A stretch of 64,000 bases of DNA. Source: Thermoanaerobaculia bacterium (GTDB lineage: Bacteria > Acidobacteriota > Thermoanaerobaculia > Multivoradales > Multivoraceae). This document shows positions 1 to 8,872 of the stretch, in pieces (the first letter of the stretch is position 1; every line of letters starts with the position of its first letter). A program made the translations under genes and the position numbers. Under the pieces are notes generated by a model. That model saw only the letters and a list, made by a program, of their open reading frames with translations, made no database searches and had not been told where the DNA came from. Location of the stretch: contig OY762911.1 of assembly GCA_963666565.1 (NCBI GenBank), positions 2,728,476 to 2,792,475 on the forward strand. Direction: 5' to 3'.

Positions 1-108
1 CGCCGGCCTTTACGGTCGAGGGCGTCTTCGTGGCGGCCGACGGCGTGACTCCCGCCGCTTCCGGGCGGCTACACGCTGGAACTGACGGCAGCGAACGCCG
101 GCCGGCGG

Positions 109-1731
109 GTGCTGGAGGTCTCGGGATCGGCGGGCGAGGCGCGCGACCTGGGGGTTGTCGTGGCCCCGGCGTCGGCCTGGGTGTCCGGGACCGTCGTGAG
201 TCCCGAGTACGCTCCGGTTCCCGGCGCCAGGATCTCCTACCTGCGTCCGACCGAGTTCGGCGCCTTGTTGGCCAGAGCGATGGGGGGCGTGGTGGAGATC
301 ACGGCGAATGCCGATGGCTACTTCGAGATGCACGGCCTGGAACTCGGCCCGGCGAGCCTCCGCGTGGAGGCGGAGGGATTCGCTCCGCTGGAGTTCGAGG
401 TCGAGGCCGCGGCAATCGAGTGGGTCGATGCCGGCTTCGTCGAGCTCTCGCGCGGGCGCCGGATCACTGTGCGTTCCGACGTCGACGGCGGCGGGGTGAA
501 CCTCGATCCGGGTCCCGAGCACGATCCCCTGGGGCCGATGAAGGGCAAGGTGGTCGGCGGCGAGGCCGTGTTCGAGAACGTTCCCGAGGCGCCGCTGCGG
601 GTGCGGGTCATGGACGAGGGCGTGCCGGTCTGCGAGCGCCGCGAGGAGGCCGGAACCGGCGACGAGGCGATCCGGTGCGACCGGAGCACGGTGACGGTGA
701 CCGGTCTGGTGACGGTCGGAGGGCAGCCTGGAAAGGGGAGGTTGAGTTGGCTGTCGAAGGTGGAGAACCCGCAACCCGAAGGAGTCGGGAGAATCCTCGG
801 CTCGCCGCTTGGACGGACTCTGGGCGTTTCCAGCAAGCTCGAACTGACGGCGTTCCTCGACGGCGAGGGCCGCTATCGGCTGGAGTCGATGCTCCCGGGC
901 GAGTGGAACGTGACCCTCCGGTCGGAGACTGACGGAATGCAGGAGCGGCGCGAGATCACGGTGCCGGAGGCTCCAGGCGAGGAGGTAGTCGTCGACTTCC
1001 GCTACGGCGGCGTGGCGATCGAGGGAAGCGTCGTCGATGCCGAGGGACAGCCCGTTGCTCACGCGACGGTCGACGTCTTTCCGGACCGCCAGACAGTGGG
1101 GACGGGCCGGAACGGCCGCTACGAGATCATGGATCTGGCGCCGGGCGCGTACCAGTTGCGGGCGAGGTTCCAGCACTCCCGCTCCGACTTGGTGGACGTG
1201 GAGCTCCGCGACTACAACGACCTGCAGTCCGTCCAACTGCACCTGCGCGACGATCCCCCGGACGACGAACTCGCGGTCCGGCTCGCCGGCGCCGCCGGCG
1301 GCTTCTGCTTCGTCGAGATGGAAGGCGCCGGGCAGCGGACCGTCCGGATCGATGGCGGCGCGGCGAGCACGAAACTCACTCCGCCTCTCACCGACCGGGT
1401 CCGCGTCGCCTGCCAGGCCGACGGACGCTGGGTCCTCACCGGCTGGCGGGATCTCGAACCCGCGCTGGAGCGCGGTATCGACCTCGATCCCTTCGAGTCG
1501 GATTCCTCGATCGTCCTGACCGGCGAGCCGTCGACGGCGGCGGTGCAGGTGACCGGCCCGGGCGGCTGGGATCTAGGCTCTCTCCGCATCTGGTTCGGCG
1601 GCGCGACGACGTTCCCCGTCGGCGAGACGATTCCCAACCTGCCGGAGGGCGAGTACACCCTGCGCTGGGGGAACCAGGTGCGGACCGTGTGGACGGAACG
1701 GCGGCGGACCGCCGAGGTGGAGATCGAGTAA
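109..1731 (+). CDS. Secreted protein with repeated carboxypeptidase-regulatory-like (prealbumin-fold) domains. The in-window start at 109 is probably artefactual, and the gene probably continues upstream of the window.
   Basis: 540-aa ORF with repeated Gly/Val-rich beta-sandwich-like segments (GTVVSPEYAPVPGARISY...ADGYFEMHGLELGPASLRVEAEGF; GRYEIMDLAPGAYQLRA). Frame 1 is open from nt 49. The upstream frame-3 translation (FTVEGVFVAADGVTPAAS) also looks protein-like, which suggests a frameshift or window truncation near nt 46-70. Confidence 0.45.
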   Translation: MLEVSGSAGEARDLGVVVAPASAWVSGTVVSPEYAPVPGARISYLRPTEFGALLARAMGGVVEITANADGYFEMHGLELGPASLRVEAEGFAPLEFEVEAAAIEWVDAGFVELSRGRRITVRSDVDGGGVNLDPGPEHDPLGPMKGKVVGGEAVFENVPEAPLRVRVMDEGVPVCERREEAGTGDEAIRCDRSTVTVTGLVTVGGQPGKGRLSWLSKVENPQPEGVGRILGSPLGRTLGVSSKLELTAFLDGEGRYRLESMLPGEWNVTLRSETDGMQERREITVPEAPGEEVVVDFRYGGVAIEGSVVDAEGQPVAHATVDVFPDRQTVGTGRNGRYEIMDLAPGAYQLRARFQHSRSDLVDVELRDYNDLQSVQLHLRDDPPDDELAVRLAGAAGGFCFVEMEGAGQRTVRIDGGAASTKLTPPLTDRVRVACQADGRWVLTGWRDLEPALERGIDLDPFESDSSIVLTGEPSTAAVQVTGPGGWDLGSLRIWFGGATTFPVGETIPNLPEGEYTLRWGNQVRTVWTERRRTAEVEIE

Positions 1732-1765
1732 GAGTGCGGAGCCGGCCTGACGGCCGGCCCGTTTC

Positions 1766-1812
1766 TTTGCCGCCTTCGGCGGCGGCGGGTCAGAAGACCC
1801 GCGCACCCAGTA
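1766..1812 (-). repeat. Copy A of the triple-hairpin intergenic repeat, in reverse orientation, between convergent genes.
   Basis: The reverse complement of 1768-1809 reads tgggtgcgcgggtcttctgacccgccgccgccgaaggcggcaaag. This matches the cores of the copies at 11213, 21455, 34291 and 60464. Hairpin GCGGGTC/TTCT/GACCCGC at 1785-1802. Confidence 0.8.
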
Positions 1813-1817
1813 GGCCG

Positions 1818-2636
1818 CTACTTGCCGCCGGTCACCGGCCACTTGGCCGGGTCGTGGTGCCTCAGGTAGTCCTTGCGGTCGATCCAGCCGAGGATCATCG
1901 ACCACGTCATCCAGCGCTTTTCGGGCAGGATGGCGAAGTAGACGTGGGCCACGGTGAGCGTCACCAGCACGACGCCGCCGACGCCGTGGAGGACGTAGAC
2001 CCAGCCCCAGCCGCCGTCGCCGAAGAACTTGTAGTCGTCCTGGGCCCAGAGCGGCTGCTCGATCCGCCACATCATCAGGATGCCGGTGACGATCGCGGCC
2101 ATGCCCGCCAGGGTCGCGGCGTGATGGAACATCTTCTGCGCCGCCGGGTACTTGCCGGGCTTGGCGGGCGCCTCGCCGCCGGTAACGGCCTTGCGCATCT
2201 CGCGCATCATGTCGCCGAGGTCCGAGAGCCCGACCCATACGTTCTTCAGGCTCTGGAAGAAGGTCGCGTGGACGATGTGGAAGACGATCGACGCGGTCAG
2301 GATCAGGCCGGTGATCCAGTGAATCTCGAGCCAGGCGAACTGCAGGCCGACCTTGGGCAGGAAGCCCGTGATCAGCAGCAGGATCATCGAGATCCCCATC
2401 ACGGCATGGAACAGGCGGGACGCCAGACTGTGCCGCTGGATCTTCTGCGGCAGACCCGGATCGTCGGGGGCGTTGGCGGCTGCCTTCTTCTCCTCGCCGA
2501 TCCAGCGGCGGCGGAGCGCCAGGTGGAGGATCAGGAACACGCCGCCGGCGATCAGCGCGATCCAGAACAGACTCCAGTCGATCCCCAGGAGGACGTCCTG
2601 TCCCCACGGGTTGGTGGCCCTCTGAAAGAGATTCAT
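1818..2636 (-). CDS. b-type cytochrome membrane subunit (Ni/Fe-hydrogenase / formate dehydrogenase gamma-like cytochrome b family). It is the last gene of the Mo-hydroxylase operon.
   Basis: 272 aa with multiple hydrophobic helices carrying conserved His residues (RHSLASRLFHAVMG, HWITG...FHIVH, FHHAATLAG, VLHGVGG, AHVYF). It lies 8 nt downstream of the FAD subunit on the same strand. Confidence 0.6.
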   Translation of the reverse strand: MNLFQRATNPWGQDVLLGIDWSLFWIALIAGGVFLILHLALRRRWIGEEKKAAANAPDDPGLPQKIQRHSLASRLFHAVMGISMILLLITGFLPKVGLQFAWLEIHWITGLILTASIVFHIVHATFFQSLKNVWVGLSDLGDMMREMRKAVTGGEAPAKPGKYPAAQKMFHHAATLAGMAAIVTGILMMWRIEQPLWAQDDYKFFGDGGWGWVYVLHGVGGVVLVTLTVAHVYFAILPEKRWMTWSMILGWIDRKDYLRHHDPAKWPVTGGK

Positions 2637-2643
2637 GCGGGCC

Positions 2644-3648
2644 CTAGACCGGCGCCTGTCCGCGGATGGCGCGGCGGATGAGGTTCCTCATCAGCGGCAC
2701 CTTGTAGCCGTTGTGGCGGAGCGGCTTGGCGCCGATGACGCCCAGCTCGGCGATCCGGGTGGCGACGTCTTCGCTGATCTTCTGGCCGCGCAGAAGCTCC
2801 TCGCAACGGTCCATGCGGAGCGGCACCGGCGAGACGGCGCCGACGGAGAGGCGGCAGTCCTGGACGACCCCGTCCTCGACCCGCATCGCGGAGGCGACGT
2901 TGACCAGGGGGAAGTCCCAGGCGTTCCGGTCGCGAACCTTCTCGAAGTAGAAGTCGGCGCCGGCCCAGGTGTCCGGGATGCGGACGGACTGCAGGACCTC
3001 GTTGGGCTGCAGGACGGTCATCCGCGTGATGTCGATCGCGGGGCCGACGAAGAAGTCCTCGGCGGCCACGGTCCGCTCGCCGCGGCGGCCGCGGATGACC
3101 ATCTCGGCGTCCAGCGCGATCAGCGCCGGCGCGGTGTCCGACGGCGTGACCGCGACGCAGCGCGAGGCGTCGAAGATGCAGTGCTCGCGGTTCATCGACT
3201 CCGGCGTGTCGGCGTAGCAGATGTTGCCGCCCGCCCGGTAGCAGGGCCAGCCGGCGCGGTAGTACCAGCAGCGGGTGTCCTGCACCAGGTTGCCGCCGAG
3301 CGTCCCCTGGTTGCGGATCTGCGGGGTGGCGACGGTTTCGGCGGCTTCCGCGAGGATGCCGTAGCGCTCCCGGATCAGCTCGTTGTCCACGACCTCGGTG
3401 AGCGGGGTCATGGCGCCGATCTCGATGCCCCCGTCGGTTTCGCCGATGCCGGACAGTTCCGGGATCGCGCCGAGGTCGACGACCGCTTCGGGCCGCTTCA
3501 CCCGGTCCTTGAACCAGTCGAAGGTGTCCATCCCGCCGGCGAGCACCCAAGCGCTCTCGCGGTGACGGTCGAGGACTTCGAGGGCGCCGTCCAGGCTCTC
3601 GGGCTGGTACAGCTCGAAGTCGGGGATCATGTCGTGGATGACGGCCAT
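2644..3648 (-). CDS. Molybdopterin dehydrogenase FAD-binding (medium) subunit (CoxM/XdhB/PaoB-like).
   Basis: 334 aa. FAD_binding_5-like N-terminus (LAGGMDTFDW, TLGGNL) and a CO-dehydrogenase flavoprotein C-terminal-like region. Located between the large subunit and the cytochrome b gene. Confidence 0.75.
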   Translation of the reverse strand: MAVIHDMIPDFELYQPESLDGALEVLDRHRESAWVLAGGMDTFDWFKDRVKRPEAVVDLGAIPELSGIGETDGGIEIGAMTPLTEVVDNELIRERYGILAEAAETVATPQIRNQGTLGGNLVQDTRCWYYRAGWPCYRAGGNICYADTPESMNREHCIFDASRCVAVTPSDTAPALIALDAEMVIRGRRGERTVAAEDFFVGPAIDITRMTVLQPNEVLQSVRIPDTWAGADFYFEKVRDRNAWDFPLVNVASAMRVEDGVVQDCRLSVGAVSPVPLRMDRCEELLRGQKISEDVATRIAELGVIGAKPLRHNGYKVPLMRNLIRRAIRGQAPV

Positions 3649-3693
3649 GCTGTGGTTTCCTCCTTCTGATCCGATCAGGCGTTCCGTGGCCGA

Positions 3694-6144
3694 TCAGGTG
3701 TGCGCGGCCAGGAATTCGCCGTCCTGCTCGCGGCCCTCGAGCTGGTTGATGATGTGGTCGGTCATGAGCGGCAGGTAGGCCACCGTGTCCTGCCCCAGCG
3801 CGTCCTGGATGGCGCACAGGAGCGCGGCGCAGCCGGCGCCCATCGGCGGCTCGCCGATGCCCTTGGAGCCCACCGGGTTGTTCGGGTCCGGCATGTTCAC
3901 CGCGTCCCACTCCATCTCAAGCGGCACGTCGAGGATCGTGGCCGGCCGGGCGGTGTAGAAGCGGTTGGCGAAGGGGATGCCCCACTGCGGGTCGTACACC
4001 CACTTCTGGCCGACCGCGCAGCCGAAGCCCTGGACGGCGCCGCCGTGAAGCTGGCCGCCGAGGCTCCTGGGGTTGAGGACGGTGCCGCAGTCGGTGACCG
4101 CCTTGTAGTCCGCGAGTTCGATGACGCCGGTTTCCTTGTCCAACTCGATCTCGGCGTAGGCGACGACCCAGGAGTAGACGTCGCCGGCGCGGCCGTAGTT
4201 GTCCTTGGCGGCGGCCAGCAGGCCCTTGCCCTTGAGGACGGCGGCGCCTCCGAGCGTGATCGGGCTCAGGCCCTCGTTCAGCTCGGTGCCGTCGAAGCGG
4301 CCCCCGAGTTCGATCGCCTTCCGGGCGGCCTGGGCGAAGCTCAGGCCCGCCGCGCGGTTGCCGCGCCGGTAGACGCGCTCGCCGGCGACGACGTACTGCG
4401 AGGCCGAGCCGCCGTGGACCTGGGCCGCGATCTCCTGCAGCTTCGTCTTCATGTCGGTGGCGGCGGCGTGAGTGGCGCGGGTGATTGCGTGGGTCGTCTG
4501 GCTGCCCGCCTGCACGCAGGTGTGGGGGACGCCCTTGCCGGTGTCGCCCCAGACCATGTCCACCTTCTCCCACGGCACGTCGAGCAGGTCGGCGGCGACG
4601 CGCGCGGTGTCGGAGTAGGAGTGGGTGCCGAGGTTGCCGATCCCGGTGTGGATCTCGAGCCGGCCTTCCGGCGTGATCAGCATGAGTCCGTCGAAGCCGC
4701 TTGAACCGGCGGTGTAGGTCGAACTCGCGAGGCCGACGCCGGTGATCTTCGAGCCGTTTGCCTGCCCGCTGCGGGCCTTGGCGTCGTCCCAGTCGACCAT
4801 CTCGGCCAGCCGGTTCCAGGCCTCGGCAACGTAGGCGGTGGTCACGTTGCGACCTTCCCCGTCGCCGAACTTGGCGCCGTTCTTCGCGATGTTGATCTGG
4901 CGGATCGTCAGACGGTCGATCCCCAGGTGGTCGGCGGCGCGGTCGAGCAGGGGCTCGACCATGGCGGACATCTGCACGCCGCCCGGCGCCCGCTGCGGCG
5001 CCCTCGGCGGCGTGTTCGTCGCGATGGAGAGGCCGCGGTGGCGCATGTTCTCGGGCTGGTAGGTGAGGGACACCATGTTGCCCGAGGTGCCCATGTCGCT
5101 CTGGCGGCCGTACGGGCCGTTGTCCTGGATCACCGCCCAGTCGAAGGCGGTGATGCGGCCGTCGTTCCTGAATCCGATCTTCGCCCAGCCCTGGAAGCCG
5201 GGGCGGGCGCGGCCGATGTAGTTCTCCTCGTAGCGGGTGACCCGGTGCATGACCGGCTTGCCGGTCTTCTTCGCCAGGTAGACCGGCACCGCCATGTTGC
5301 TGGTGCCGACGATCTTGCTGCCGAAGCCGCCGCCGGTGTACTCGGCATGGACGACCAGGTTCTGGGGCGGCACCCCGACCGTGCCCTGGCCCGCGAGCAG
5401 CGTGAAGGCGACGCTCTGGGTCGAGGGATAGAGGTGGCAGGTTTCGCCTTCCCAGTGGGCCATGCAGCTCCGCGGCTCCATCGGGTGGTGGGTCACGGAC
5501 TGGAAGAAGAGCGGCTCGTCGATGATGTAGTCGGCGTCGGCGAAGCCCTTCTCCAAGTCGCCGTTCGTCCACTCGTCCTGGAACACGCCCTCGGGCATCC
5601 TGCCCTTCTCGCCGTCCGAGCCCCTCCCGGCAGCGAGATCCTCGGCCTTCCACTCGACGCGCTCGACGACGGTCTCCATTCCCGTGTCGGTGCGCCGGCG
5701 GACGATGCTGTTGCCGTCCGGCAGCGAGTTCGCGCCTCCCGGGGCGATCGAATCCAGCGGATCCAGCGCGAACGGGAGCGGCTCGAAGTCGACCTGGATC
5801 TTCTCGATCGCGTCGGCGGCGATCTTCTCGCTGACGGCGGCGACGGCGAGCACGGGCTCGCCCTCGTACTTCGGATGGTTCGTCAGGGAGCGTTCGTCCA
5901 GCGGCCCCGCCTCGCCCATGTACTCGGCGAGGTCGTCCGCGGTGAGAACCGCCTCGACGCCCTCCATCTCCAGGGCGGCGGAGGCGTCGATGTTGCGCAC
6001 CCGCGCGTGGGGCATCGGCGAGAGCAACTGCTTGGCGAACAGCATGCCCTCGGCGCGCCAGTCCTCGGCGTACTTGGCGCGGCCGGTGATCTTCTCGATC
6101 AGGTCGGGTGGGGCGTAGTCGGTGCCGACGAGGGTGTTGGCCAT
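3694..6144 (-). CDS. Molybdopterin-binding large subunit of a xanthine dehydrogenase / aldehyde oxidase-family molybdenum hydroxylase.
   Basis: About 816 aa with aldehyde oxidase/xanthine dehydrogenase a/b-hammerhead and Mo-binding regions (e.g. TGGGFG, GQLHGG..QG..E). Start chosen at MANTLVGTDY (ATG at 6144) because a GGAGGA sits 8 nt upstream. This is not the upstream in-frame ATG at 6183, which would overlap the small subunit. Confidence 0.8.
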   Translation of the reverse strand: MANTLVGTDYAPPDLIEKITGRAKYAEDWRAEGMLFAKQLLSPMPHARVRNIDASAALEMEGVEAVLTADDLAEYMGEAGPLDERSLTNHPKYEGEPVLAVAAVSEKIAADAIEKIQVDFEPLPFALDPLDSIAPGGANSLPDGNSIVRRRTDTGMETVVERVEWKAEDLAAGRGSDGEKGRMPEGVFQDEWTNGDLEKGFADADYIIDEPLFFQSVTHHPMEPRSCMAHWEGETCHLYPSTQSVAFTLLAGQGTVGVPPQNLVVHAEYTGGGFGSKIVGTSNMAVPVYLAKKTGKPVMHRVTRYEENYIGRARPGFQGWAKIGFRNDGRITAFDWAVIQDNGPYGRQSDMGTSGNMVSLTYQPENMRHRGLSIATNTPPRAPQRAPGGVQMSAMVEPLLDRAADHLGIDRLTIRQINIAKNGAKFGDGEGRNVTTAYVAEAWNRLAEMVDWDDAKARSGQANGSKITGVGLASSTYTAGSSGFDGLMLITPEGRLEIHTGIGNLGTHSYSDTARVAADLLDVPWEKVDMVWGDTGKGVPHTCVQAGSQTTHAITRATHAAATDMKTKLQEIAAQVHGGSASQYVVAGERVYRRGNRAAGLSFAQAARKAIELGGRFDGTELNEGLSPITLGGAAVLKGKGLLAAAKDNYGRAGDVYSWVVAYAEIELDKETGVIELADYKAVTDCGTVLNPRSLGGQLHGGAVQGFGCAVGQKWVYDPQWGIPFANRFYTARPATILDVPLEMEWDAVNMPDPNNPVGSKGIGEPPMGAGCAALLCAIQDALGQDTVAYLPLMTDHIINQLEGREQDGEFLAAHT

Positions 6145-6160
6145 GCTCTGGTTCCTCCGC

Positions 6161-6889
6161 TCAGGCGGTGCGCGCGTTCTCAAGCGCGCGTTCGGCCGTG
6201 TTCAGGATCTTGTTGTAGTCGCCGCAGCGGCAGATGTGGCCGGCGAGCCACTTCTGGGCGTCCGCGCGGGTCGCGTTCGGGTTGGCCTTGACCAGGGCCG
6301 CCATGCTCATGATGAAGCCCGGAGCGCAGAAGGCGCACTGGAAGCCCATCTCGTCGATGACCGCCTGCTGGACCGGGTGAAGGACGCCGTCCTGTTCGAG
6401 ACCTTCCACCGTGGTGACCTCGCGTCCCCGCACCTGATGCACCAGGATCGAGCAGCCGTAGTGGGGAACGTCGTCGATCAGCACGGTGCAGGCGCCGCAC
6501 TCGGCGCGGTCGCAGCCGAGCTTGGTGCCGGTGAGGTCCAGCTTGTAGCGCAGCACCATGGCCAGGGTGTCCATCGGCTCCACATCGAGCTCGTGGCTCT
6601 CGCCGTTCACCCGGAGCTCGATCGTTCGGGCCACCGGCTCGGTCGCCGCGCGCAGCACGTCGGGCTGCAGCAGGTTGCCGCCCGCCATCGAGACGGCGGC
6701 GCCGGTGGCGACGGAACCCTGGATGAAGGTCCGCCGGCTGACGCTCGAGAGGCCGCCGCCGTCGCCCGATTCGCCCTCTTCCAGGTCGAGCCGGGCCTCC
6801 GTTTCGAGGTCGGAGTTCTCGTCTCGCAGATCCTCCAGCAGGTCGTCCTGCAGGAAGACGTCTTCTCTCAGCTCATCCATGGTCTCCAA
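6161..6889 (-). CDS. [2Fe-2S]-binding small subunit of the molybdenum hydroxylase, with a twin-arginine (TAT) signal peptide.
   Basis: 242 aa. TAT motif SRRTFIQGSVATGAAV. Both 2Fe-2S cysteine clusters are present: plant-ferredoxin-type GCDRAECGACTV and the second cluster QCAFCAPG...CRCG. It is the first gene of the operon. Confidence 0.8.
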   Translation of the reverse strand: METMDELREDVFLQDDLLEDLRDENSDLETEARLDLEEGESGDGGGLSSVSRRTFIQGSVATGAAVSMAGGNLLQPDVLRAATEPVARTIELRVNGESHELDVEPMDTLAMVLRYKLDLTGTKLGCDRAECGACTVLIDDVPHYGCSILVHQVRGREVTTVEGLEQDGVLHPVQQAVIDEMGFQCAFCAPGFIMSMAALVKANPNATRADAQKWLAGHICRCGDYNKILNTAERALENARTA

Positions 6890-7045
6890 CCTCCGTCAGG
6901 CGGGCGGTGGTCAAGGGGGCTGCCCTCTGGTCTGTTACCGGCTTCCGGCGGCGAGCATACAACATGAATCCCGGGCCGCCGAAAGGCGAACTTCCGCGGC
7001 GGCCGGGAGGACGGCGGCGCCGGTTCGCGAACCGAGGCGGCCGGG

Positions 7046-8746
7046 TCAGATCCGGCCTCCGACGATCACGTCGAGCACCCGGGGGCCGCCGGCGGCGAAG
7101 GCTTCGCGCACCGCGTCCTCGACTTCGGCCGGATCCTCGACCTTCCGGCCCGGCACGCCCATGCCCGCGGCCATCTCGACGAAGTCGAGTTCCGGCTCGG
7201 TGAGGTTCATGTGGGGGTAGGGCCGGTCCGCCGGGATGCCGAAGCGTTCCCGGTAGATGTCCATGTTGATCTTCAGGATCTTGTACTCGCGGTTGTGCAG
7301 GATCAGGAAGACGATCGGCATGTCGTAGTGGGCGGCGGTCCAGAGCGCCTGGATCGAGTACATGGCCGAGCCGTCGCCCGAGAACACGATGACCGGCCGC
7401 TCGGGGTGGGCCAGCGAGGCGCCGATGCCGCCGACGAGTCCCTGGCCGATGCCGCCGCCGCGGGTGCCGCAGTAGCGGTCCGGGTCGTCGACGGGCAGGA
7501 AGCCGAGCAGGTCGCCGCCCGCGGTGATCGACTCGTTGACCACGACGGCGTCGTCCGGCACGGCCTTGGCGACCTCGGACATGAGGCGCGCCGGCGACAT
7601 GGGCGCGTCGTCGAAGTGGGCCTTGAGCCGCTTCCGGCGCGCGGCGTGCGCGCCTTCGGCGGCCGCCCGCAGCTTGTCCATGCGCTCCGCGGCGGCCGTC
7701 CGGAAACCGGCGTCCGCGGCCGCCTCAAGCGCCTCCCGCAGCGCCGCGAGCCCGGCCCGCGGGTCGGCGAGCATTCCCGCGTCGACCGCGAAGTTGAAGG
7801 CGAGCCGGCTCGGGGCGTCCTCGATCTGGAGCACGGCCGTTTCGGCGCCGAACGGGGAGTCCGGGTCGAACCAGACCTCCTCGAAGAAGGAGCCACCGAC
7901 CAGCAGGACGACGTCGGCACCGCCAAGCGCGTGCTGGATGCCTGCGTGGTTGAGCGGCATCCGCGGCCGGAAGCAGGGATGGCTCTGCGGGAAGTTCAGG
8001 CGCTGCATCAGCCCTTCCGGGTAGACCCCCGCGCCGAGGAACTCGGCCAGCGCGACGAGTTCCCGCTGGCCGCCGCTCCTGGCGACGCCGTCGCCGATCA
8101 CGATCGCCGGCTGACGCGCCCGGCCCAGCAGCTCGGCCATGCGGGCGACCGCAGCCGCTTCCGGCTGCGGCGCCCGGTAGAGGTCGCCGAGCGGCCGTAC
8201 CGGCTCCGAGGTCTCTTCCTCCAGGACGTTGAGCGGCAGCGCGACGAACACCGGCCCCGCGGGCGGATCGTGCGCCACCTTGAAGGCGCGGTGGAGGATC
8301 GGCGCGAACTCGTCGGCGCGCTCGACCTGGACGCTCCACTTGACCAGGGGATCGGCCATCGCCACCAGGTCGTGGCCCAGCAGGGGCTCGCGGAGCCGCG
8401 ATCGGGTGTCCTGCTGGCCGGCCGTGACGACCATCGGGGTGTTCGCCTCCCAGGCGTTGTAGAGCATGCCGAGGGCGTTGCCGAGCCCCGGCGCCACGTG
8501 CAGGTTGACGACCCCGGCGATGCCGGTCGCCTGCGCGTAGTAGTGCGCCGCGCCGAGCGCCACGGACTCGTGCAGCGCCAGGACGTAGCGCAGGTCCGGG
8601 TGGTCGGAGAGCCGGTCCATCAGCGGACTCTCCGTGGTGCCGGGATTGCCGAACAGGAACGGAATGCCGTACTCGGTCAGGGCGTCGAGCAGGACGTCGC
8701 CGCCGCGTTGGGGGCTGCGCTTCGGACGGATCGCTGGCAAGCTCAT
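7046..8746 (-). CDS. Thiamine pyrophosphate-dependent enzyme, benzoylformate decarboxylase (MdlC)-like.
   Basis: 566 aa from an ATG at 8746, which is the C-terminal part of the 1325-aa artefact ORF. Motifs align with benzoylformate decarboxylase: FGNPGTTESPLM, RYVLALHE, NLHVAPGLGNALG, VVTAGQQ, LVKWS and the TPP-binding GDGSAMYSIQALWTAAHY. Confidence 0.7.
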   Translation of the reverse strand: MSLPAIRPKRSPQRGGDVLLDALTEYGIPFLFGNPGTTESPLMDRLSDHPDLRYVLALHESVALGAAHYYAQATGIAGVVNLHVAPGLGNALGMLYNAWEANTPMVVTAGQQDTRSRLREPLLGHDLVAMADPLVKWSVQVERADEFAPILHRAFKVAHDPPAGPVFVALPLNVLEEETSEPVRPLGDLYRAPQPEAAAVARMAELLGRARQPAIVIGDGVARSGGQRELVALAEFLGAGVYPEGLMQRLNFPQSHPCFRPRMPLNHAGIQHALGGADVVLLVGGSFFEEVWFDPDSPFGAETAVLQIEDAPSRLAFNFAVDAGMLADPRAGLAALREALEAAADAGFRTAAAERMDKLRAAAEGAHAARRKRLKAHFDDAPMSPARLMSEVAKAVPDDAVVVNESITAGGDLLGFLPVDDPDRYCGTRGGGIGQGLVGGIGASLAHPERPVIVFSGDGSAMYSIQALWTAAHYDMPIVFLILHNREYKILKINMDIYRERFGIPADRPYPHMNLTEPELDFVEMAAGMGVPGRKVEDPAEVEDAVREAFAAGGPRVLDVIVGGRI

Positions 8747-8872
8747 GGCGAGCGAGGCTAGCAGGAGCGGCGGGCGGTTCCCCGTCGCCCGTTTGGACGT
8801 GGCGGGCGCGGCCCTTCCGGTGCTACGGTTAGCGACTTCCGAGCCCTCTCGGGGGCACCCACAACGAGCCGG

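Noticed and set aside
6890-7045. Promoter call for the Mo-hydroxylase operon.
   Set aside because: TTGACC and TATGCT-like hexamers exist on the minus strand, but the spacing and match quality are poor in this 70%-GC context, so the call is too weak to report as a feature.
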